Origin: Faecalimonas sp.
Lineage (GTDB): Bacteria > Bacillota > Clostridia > Lachnospirales > Lachnospiraceae
Direction of reading: 5' to 3'
Assembly: GCA_045649885.1 (NCBI GenBank)
Contig: JAZRQP010000010.1
Location: 4,263-68,262 of the forward strand
DNA: 64,000 bases
In this document: one piece after another, positions 57,806 to 64,000 of the stretch
Numbering within the stretch: position 1 is the first letter of the stretch
How the letters are laid out: each line of letters opens with the position of its first letter
Program-made: the position numbers and the translations under genes
Notes under the pieces: generated by a model
Database searches by the model: none
The model's input: the letters and a program-made list of their open reading frames with translations, nothing else
Told to the model about the DNA's origin: nothing

Positions 57806-58639
57806 CTAGATTTCTATCTCGCCTTCGAATGAAATTGCTGCGGGACCGGTCATATAAACCTTATTCGCTTCTCTATCCCACTCAATTTGTAAATCTCCGC
57901 CAAGTAATTTAACAGTCACTTTATCTTCGGTTAATCCATTCAAGATACTTGCAACCGCTACTGCACATGCTCCGGTACCACAAGCAAGTGTTTCCCCTGA
58001 GCCGCGCTCCCACACACGCATTTCAACTGTATGTCTGTCAATCACTCTTGCAAATTCTGTATTGATACGTTTTGGAAAACGTTCATGATTCTCAAACTTC
58101 GGCCCAATTTTCTCGATTTCTAATCCCTGTACATCATCAATATACACCACTGTATGAGGATTTCCCATAGAAACACCAGTCATACGATACTCTTTCCCAT
58201 CTACAAGAATCGGTGCATTAATTACAGAGTCACCCTCTGCTACAATCGGAATGTTGGCAGGTACTAATTCCGGACTGCCCATATCCACTTTGACAAGTTT
58301 TACTTTCCCATTTTCCACAGTAAAATCCAAATACTTAATACCACCCAATGTTTCCACTGAAATGCTGGTCTTATCAGTCAATCCATAGTCATAAACGTAT
58401 TTTCCTACACACCGAATCCCGTTTCCGCACATTTCTCCGCGAGAACCGTCTGCGTTATACATTTCCATTTCAAAATCTGCTACTTTGGATGGGTTAATCA
58501 TAATCAAACCGTCTGAACCAACACCAAAGTTTCGGTTGCTCACTTTGATCGCTACTTCACTTGGATTGTCTATTTTCTCTTGGAAACAGTTTACATACAC
58601 ATAATCATTTCCAAGCCCTTGCATCTTTGTAAATTTCAT
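57806..58639 (-). CDS. dapF: Diaminopimelate epimerase
   Basis: [36 protein letters not shown]. Confidence 0.97.
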   Translation of the reverse strand: MKFTKMQGLGNDYVYVNCFQEKIDNPSEVAIKVSNRNFGVGSDGLIMINPSKVADFEMEMYNADGSRGEMCGNGIRCVGKYVYDYGLTDKTSISVETLGGIKYLDFTVENGKVKLVKVDMGSPELVPANIPIVAEGDSVINAPILVDGKEYRMTGVSMGNPHTVVYIDDVQGLEIEKIGPKFENHERFPKRINTEFARVIDRHTVEMRVWERGSGETLACGTGACAVAVASILNGLTEDKVTVKLLGGDLQIEWDREANKVYMTGPAAISFEGEIEI

Positions 58640-58665
58640 CTTTCTGTCCTCCCTAAACAACTTCT

Positions 58666-58694
58666 ATTGTAAGCCCATAGGAGACTTTTGTCAC
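58666..58694 (-). promoter_or_regulatory. Probable dapF sigmaA promoter (would make dapF independent of the interrupted upstream gene)
   Basis: GTGACA-17-TACAAT. Confidence 0.55.
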
Positions 58695-58701
58695 GGTTTT
58701 T

Positions 58702-59280
58702 TTAATCTTTTATCTGCCTTCCTGTCACATCCAAATGATAATTCTCTTTATAGATTAATTCTGAAATTGGAACAATCTCGTATCCTTGTGCTTTCAGGCC
58801 TTCAATTACCTTTGGAAGTGCCTCTGCCGTATATTTTGCACCGTTGTGCATAAGTATAATGGAACCATTCTTTAAATTTTTATGTTCGGTAACTGTTTTG
58901 ATAATATTGTCTACTCCGTAGTCCTTCCAATCTAAGCTGTCTACGTCCCATTGTATGGTATAATATCCGCAAGAGGTTGCATTTTTAATCACTTCATTGT
59001 CATAATCTCCGTATGGTGGACGGAATAAATCCATTTCTACGCCGGTTATCTCTTTAACCTTTTCATGTACCTTCAGAAGCTCCTGCTGACACTCGCTATC
59101 TGGTAGCTGACTCATATTTTTATGATTTTCACTGTGATTTGCCAAGTCATGCCCTGCTTCTTTGATTTTCTTTACATCCTCTGGGAAATTCTCTACCCAA
59201 CCACCGGTCATAAAGAATGTAACATGAATGTTATATTCTTTTAAAATGTCAAGAATTTGCTGTGTATCTTCATTCCCCCA
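58702..59280 (-). pseudogene. 3' part of a PdaB-like polysaccharide deacetylase (CE4), split just after the motif-1 aspartate by a serine-recombinase element
   Basis: The in-frame upstream extension reads WGNEDTQQILDILKEYNIHVTFFMTGGWVE, then ANHSENH, FRPPYG, WDVDSLDW, LMHN; the expected N-terminus and (S/T)FD(A/C)A are missing. Confidence 0.85.
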
Positions 59281-59298
59281 CGGTAATGGTCAGTGGGG
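59276..59298. repeat. Probable att junction of the serine-recombinase element
   Basis: IR CCCCAC-GGTAATGGTCA-GTGGGG centred where deacetylase homology stops, 4 nt from the recombinase stop codon. Confidence 0.6.
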
Positions 59299-59302
59299 CT
59301 AC

Positions 59303-60940
59303 TTATCCCACTAATTTCATCAGATTTTCGTACTCGTTGGAGAAATTATAACGGATTTTGATACGCTTGTTCTCAAAGATTTGAATCTCATCTATCATCT
59401 CTACGACAATCTCTCTTGTGAGTTCTGTAATCTCTTTGTGTTCAAGTAAATGCTGAACCCATGGTAACTCCAGTACATCAGACTGTTTGTTCTTCTGAAC
59501 CTTTTTCTCCAACTCACACAGTTTCCGATTCAACTCATCCTCTTCCCTTGTATATGATTCTCTATATTCGATGTACTCTTCGTTTGAGAGATTACCTTCT
59601 GCATATTCCTCAAACACCTTTTTCTTCAGTTTCTTCTTTCGGTCTATTTCTTTCTTTGTCTTCTCCAGGTCCATAAGATACATTTCTGTTGAAGTCATTT
59701 TCTTCTTAGTTTCCTTCTCTGCACGCTCAACTAATTCTTTCAAATGCTGCATTGCAGAAAGCATTTGATTCAAATCATGCAGAACAATCGCCTTCAAAGT
59801 ATCTTCCTTTATGTAATGTGACGTACATCCCTTTGTTCCAATATTCTGATAAGTGCCACACTTGAAGGTAAAGTAATTCTGCCCCTTGGAATCTTTATGC
59901 GAATTCTTACGCATAGCCCGACCACAGTCACCACATTTGAGAAACCCTGCAAAAATGCTCTGATTTTGTTCGAAAGTGATATCTGTTTTTCGCTGCTTTA
60001 ACGCCTTCTGTGTCTTTTCCCATGTGTCCATATCAATGATAGCCGCATGCGTTCCAGGAACCTTAATCCACTCAGATTCATCTAATCGTTCCGGTTTCCC
60101 ATGAATCTCTCTCCACGTAGTTCCCTGCACCATCGTACCGGTATATATCTCATGTTTTAGAATCTTGGTAATTGTGGAATAGGTCCAGTAATACGTAGTA
60201 TCCAGTTTATTGGAATTCGTGTAATTATATCCATTCTGTTTTTTGTACTCAGACGGACAAAGGATTCCTTCCTCGTTCAAAATCTTCGCAATACGAACCT
60301 TTCCATAACCAGACAGGAACATATCAAAGATTCTCCGAACCACTTCTGCCGCATATGGGTCAATCTCCAACCGATGTCTGTCTTTCTCTGACTTTTGATA
60401 TCCATAACATGCAAATGCACCAACAAATTCTCCGCTACGCTGTTTTGCTTTAAACGATGCCTGACATTTCGCTGAAATATCCTGTGCGTAATGCTCGTTA
60501 AACATATTACGAACAGAAAACATCATGTCATAACCACTAGTTAAGGTATCGTATTGGTCAAGAATTGCAATAAAACGAACATTATACTCCTTAAACCTTT
60601 TTTTGATAAGAACTTCTACATCTGTTTGATTTCTTCCGAATCTCGACTGGTCTTTGACGACAATACAATTAATCACTCCGTTTTTTGCATCTTCCAGCAT
60701 TTCTTGAAAACCCGGACGGTCGAAAAGATATCCTGTCTCGCCATCATCCACGTACTCTTTAATAAGTACCATGTCCTCATGGTGTTTAAGAAAATCCAAC
60801 GCCAGCATGCGTTGATTAGATATACTTTCGCTTTCTTTTTTATGCCCTCCATCTTCTACCGATAATCTTAAATAAATTCCAACCTTGAATGTTTTAATTT
60901 TCGCTAACCTTCTATTTCTGCTCACTATTACACCATTCAA
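59303..60940 (-). CDS. Large serine recombinase (resolvase + recombinase + zinc ribbon + coiled coil)
   Basis: GIYLRLS (catalytic Ser), YVDDGETG, RPGFQEML, VKDQSRFGRN, CGDCG...CGTY...C; start codon uncertain (TTG 60940 or GTG 60925). Confidence 0.95.
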   Translation of the reverse strand: MNGVIVSRNRRLAKIKTFKVGIYLRLSVEDGGHKKESESISNQRMLALDFLKHHEDMVLIKEYVDDGETGYLFDRPGFQEMLEDAKNGVINCIVVKDQSRFGRNQTDVEVLIKKRFKEYNVRFIAILDQYDTLTSGYDMMFSVRNMFNEHYAQDISAKCQASFKAKQRSGEFVGAFACYGYQKSEKDRHRLEIDPYAAEVVRRIFDMFLSGYGKVRIAKILNEEGILCPSEYKKQNGYNYTNSNKLDTTYYWTYSTITKILKHEIYTGTMVQGTTWREIHGKPERLDESEWIKVPGTHAAIIDMDTWEKTQKALKQRKTDITFEQNQSIFAGFLKCGDCGRAMRKNSHKDSKGQNYFTFKCGTYQNIGTKGCTSHYIKEDTLKAIVLHDLNQMLSAMQHLKELVERAEKETKKKMTSTEMYLMDLEKTKKEIDRKKKLKKKVFEEYAEGNLSNEEYIEYRESYTREEDELNRKLCELEKKVQKNKQSDVLELPWVQHLLEHKEITELTREIVVEMIDEIQIFENKRIKIRYNFSNEYENLMKLVG

Positions 60941-60990
60941 TTGCTACCGTACTGAAAGTGTACGTCAATACGGTGCGAAAAGCAATTGAT

Positions 60991-61098
60991 TTATTTCCTT
61001 TCTTTTAATTTCGAAAGGATAATTTTATAAATTAATTCTTCGCTCGTAATTTTGCCCAAAAACTCTCTCTCAATCTTATATTCACTTTTAGCAGCCAC
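60991..61098 (-). CDS. Unannotated 35-aa protein directly upstream of the recombinase (candidate directionality factor)
   Basis: GAGGTG RBS 6 nt before GTG; MAAKSEYKIEREFLGKITSEELIYKIILSKLKERK*. Confidence 0.55.
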   Translation of the reverse strand: MAAKSEYKIEREFLGKITSEELIYKIILSKLKERK

Positions 61099-61258
61099 AA
61101 CTTTCACCTCATCTTCCATTACTTGATTTTATGAAAGAGACCTTTGGGTTAACACAAAACATCCCTTCTTATATGTTATGAAAGATTTTTTGCTTTTGAG
61201 TGAAAAATTTTAAAACTTTTTTCAAAAACCACATAACTTTTTATGTTGAGGCGCAAAA

Positions 61259-61302
61259 AACAGGTGTATTAGGGCTAATGCTATAGCCGAAATATACCTG
61301 TT
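61259..61302 (-). terminator. Terminator of the TPR/PIN-like gene
   Basis: AACAGGTATATT...AATACACCTGTT stem with inner GGCTA/TAGCC and a U-tract. Confidence 0.7.
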
Positions 61303-61338
61303 CTTTGAGTCAATATCGTTTTTATTTTAAACCATGGC

Positions 61339-64000
61339 CTATTCACTTATAGGAAACTGCAACTTAATGTTATTGTATCTCATTACATACAATGCAAAAC
61401 ATCTCCAAATCGGATTTCCCATCCTGCTTTCATCGTGATATTTTTTAAAGATGTCAGTTATTAATGAAACAAAGTTTTCTTTATACTTGTCTTCCAACTC
61501 GTTTACTGACCTCAAGCATTCACTCCACTGCAACAAGAATTCGTCCCTCTCTACATCTGTCATATTCTCATATAATGCTGTCAATGTCTTTATGAGTTTG
61601 TCTGTCACAATAATGTTGAACCTACAATCAATCATCTTTCTTATATAATTGATTAGCATTGGGGCTGTTAATCCCATATCACACAAAAAGTCCACAATAC
61701 CCACTGATGATATACCACATTCTTTTATTTGGCTAATAGCCATGATTGGAACTTCCGCACTTACCAAAACAACATCTGTGTTCATCGATATTGCCACCGC
61801 ATCATAGTCGCATACTCCCAGAAAATCTTTCCAATCGAAATCCTTAAATTCCTCGACTTTGATGTCTTTTTCATTGTTCATTGTATCAATTTGTTGGCAA
61901 TATTGTCTGATTCCCGCTGCTTCGCCCATCCATTTTTGTTTTTCCTCTTCTACACTCTCTTGGAAAAACACCTCTCCATTAGCCTTACCCATTGTAGCAA
62001 CACAGTCCTTCTTATACCTTGCAATAATATCCTCCGCTTCACTTAATATTTCTCTTTGTGCAGAGTCCGTAATATAAATATTCTTGTGTTTATATTGCTC
62101 AATTGGAAATCCTAATTTGTATAATGCAACCATTGCTGAAAATGACAACATGAACCTTTCACCTGAGACCTCATTGCAATTTAAAATTTCACGAAAAATA
62201 ACACTTTTGTCCTCTAATAGCACGAGAATAAATTGCAAATAATTAACATTAACAAATTTGTATAACGAAAACAGCGTAACTGTCATGTTGTGCATATCCT
62301 GGTAATGCTCTAACCATTTAAAAGCATCTCCGTCATCTGGAATGTTCGCTTTAAGCACTTCTACCATTTCCTTACGTGATTGTTCATCATCTCCTGCCGG
62401 AAGCAAAATCTGTTTTGCAATGCCTGCTCCTACTATTTTGTTCATGCAAGTTCTAAAATAATAACAATCTAAAGTTAGAATTTCTTTTACGACATAGGTG
62501 GTATCTCCAATTATAATATCCATCCCGACTTCTTTACGAATTAGCCCCATCTGTATGGCACGGTCTTCAGATATGTGCATTGCGCCTTCCCAACTCCACG
62601 CTTCTTCTGGAAGAACATTTTTCTTATAAATACAATATACTATTTTACCTTTGTTTCCCTTGTCTTCTAAAATAACAGACGTACACACATCTACTTTTTT
62701 TACCTCAGGTCCACTTTGGTTTTCATCACCCATATGAATCACCAAATAATTTTGATAAGTATTTATATCCTGCTCTTGTGACTTCAATAGGGCACGCATT
62801 ATTAAATTTATTGCCTCTTCATGTTGACCGTTTTCCTCACATACAACCGCAGACAGCATAAGCATTCTAGAACTATCAATAGATATCGCGGCCTTTAACA
62901 CTTCATCTGAAATAGAGCGCCTGTTTTCTATAGAAAGCCCTATAATAGCATCTATCACACGTTCTTCTTTCGGGTATTCTTCAAAAAGAGTATTAAGTAT
63001 AGACAACGCTTCCAATCTATACCCTTGATACATTAATGCTGTTGCTTTCATTTGCAGAACCTTTTCGTTTGCCTTCCCCAATGCCTCTATTCTACTGATG
63101 ATTTTCATGGCATCTTTGTATCGTTGACATCCTATTAACAATTCGCACGCTTTCTCATCCGAATTCGTTAAAATAGACATTGATTCTTTCGAAGACCACA
63201 CCTCCAAAAATTCGTCCACCACTGAATCTTCAGTTGACATTATTAACATTTCTATCCAATACTCAATGTAGTTTTTATATTTATCCTTGTATCCCAAAAG
63301 CAATTCAGTGCATTCTGTATTACCTTTTTCAATTCTTACAGCCTGTGCATATAGAATAAACAAATTAAAATCTTTGTCAATCAACCATAAGTTCCGTCCT
63401 AACACTTCCAAAATTGCTATTCCCTTGTTTTCTTGACGTAGCAAATAGTTATTCAACAACCAATATTGTCCTGTCGATTTGCATCTTTCTATAATTTCTG
63501 CTTCTGTTGCTTCATTTTTTTCGATTTTTAAAAACAGAAACAATCCTTGAATATCCTCATCATCTTTTAACCATTCCGGTAATTCTGATACAAACGCATC
63601 TGCTTCTGTCGTCGAACAAATAATCGTCGCACGTAACACTGTTACAAAATATTCTTTTTGCACTTTGTGACACATATACAGCACATTTTCTTTTCTACTT
63701 CGCAACTCATGTAAAATACTTGTAGCCAAGTCATCCGCTGTAATGTCCGTTCCCTTAGACAATAATTCATTTATCTTTTTAGTGTTAATCAGTATCTTAT
63801 CAATAAAATTTGCATCTTCACCAAGAAGTTTTTCCATTTCATCTGCGATAAGTATTGGCTCATTATATAAATACAGCGAACATAGACGTTTTATCAACCA
63901 TATTTCAGAAGGATATTTGTCCGTGACTGTAAATTCATAAGTATCAACGACACCATTTTCTTTTAACTTTTTCTCTAGAACAGCACTTCTCTCTTGTTCT
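61339..64000 (-). CDS. Large TPR + GreA/B C-terminal-like + PIN-like protein (5' end beyond the window)
   Basis: The frame stays open from 63897 to the window end (...EQERSAVLEKK...IWLIKRL); TPR helices; LIRKEVGMDIIIGDTTYVVKEI GreA-C-like; FMLSFSAMVALYKLG / DYDAVAIS / VLVSAE PIN-like. Confidence 0.7.
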   Translation of the reverse strand, partial: EQERSAVLEKKLKENGVVDTYEFTVTDKYPSEIWLIKRLCSLYLYNEPILIADEMEKLLGEDANFIDKILINTKKINELLSKGTDITADDLATSILHELRSRKENVLYMCHKVQKEYFVTVLRATIICSTTEADAFVSELPEWLKDDEDIQGLFLFLKIEKNEATEAEIIERCKSTGQYWLLNNYLLRQENKGIAILEVLGRNLWLIDKDFNLFILYAQAVRIEKGNTECTELLLGYKDKYKNYIEYWIEMLIMSTEDSVVDEFLEVWSSKESMSILTNSDEKACELLIGCQRYKDAMKIISRIEALGKANEKVLQMKATALMYQGYRLEALSILNTLFEEYPKEERVIDAIIGLSIENRRSISDEVLKAAISIDSSRMLMLSAVVCEENGQHEEAINLIMRALLKSQEQDINTYQNYLVIHMGDENQSGPEVKKVDVCTSVILEDKGNKGKIVYCIYKKNVLPEEAWSWEGAMHISEDRAIQMGLIRKEVGMDIIIGDTTYVVKEILTLDCYYFRTCMNKIVGAGIAKQILLPAGDDEQSRKEMVEVLKANIPDDGDAFKWLEHYQDMHNMTVTLFSLYKFVNVNYLQFILVLLEDKSVIFREILNCNEVSGERFMLSFSAMVALYKLGFPIEQYKHKNIYITDSAQREILSEAEDIIARYKKDCVATMGKANGEVFFQESVEEEKQKWMGEAAGIRQYCQQIDTMNNEKDIKVEEFKDFDWKDFLGVCDYDAVAISMNTDVVLVSAEVPIMAISQIKECGISSVGIVDFLCDMGLTAPMLINYIRKMIDCRFNIIVTDKLIKTLTALYENMTDVERDEFLLQWSECLRSVNELEDKYKENFVSLITDIFKKYHDESRMGNPIWRCFALYVMRYNNIKLQFPISE

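Larger units (their letters stand above)
59283..64000 (-). mobile_element. Large-serine-recombinase element inserted in the deacetylase gene (continues beyond the window)
   Basis: Recombinase abuts the broken host gene; AT-rich cargo. Confidence 0.85.

Noticed and set aside
61125-61200. Sporulation sigma (sigE/sigK) promoter for the small ORF and recombinase
   Set aside because: CATAnnnT boxes are present but -35 elements are not at consensus spacing, and such boxes are frequent in AT-rich DNA; not called as a feature.

Overview
A Firmicute chromosome segment, judged Clostridia/Lachnospiraceae-like from gene content and order (inference). Most of it is housekeeping: ctpA-ftsEX, addAB, hflX, a heavy-metal ATPase, ung-hisFH, a two-component system, a GH3/GPH/GH2 sugar locus, tmRNA, trxAB, ligA, htpG, two tRNAs, purC and dapF. 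Two AT-rich mobile insertions interrupt it. (1) A 15.2 kb tyrosine-integrase element (19832-35037) is bounded by a perfect 25-bp direct repeat that spans the hisH start codon; the element rebuilds hisH with its own RBS. It carries int, xis, ardA, a Fic protein, an HU-like gene, a sigma factor, a NUMOD4-HNH-AP2 nuclease and an orphan C-terminal tape-measure fragment. It also carries a perfect HrcA operator (CIRCE) whose promoter geometry is identical to that of the host htpG, driving a short structured leader with a boxA-like motif and a terminator. (2) A large-serine-recombinase element (from ~59283 past the window end) splits a PdaB-like polysaccharide deacetylase gene, in the manner of skin elements. 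It carries a 35-aa candidate directionality factor and a large TPR + GreA/B-C-like + PIN-like protein whose PIN catalytic residues look degenerate. No database searches could be run; family calls come from motifs recognised by eye.
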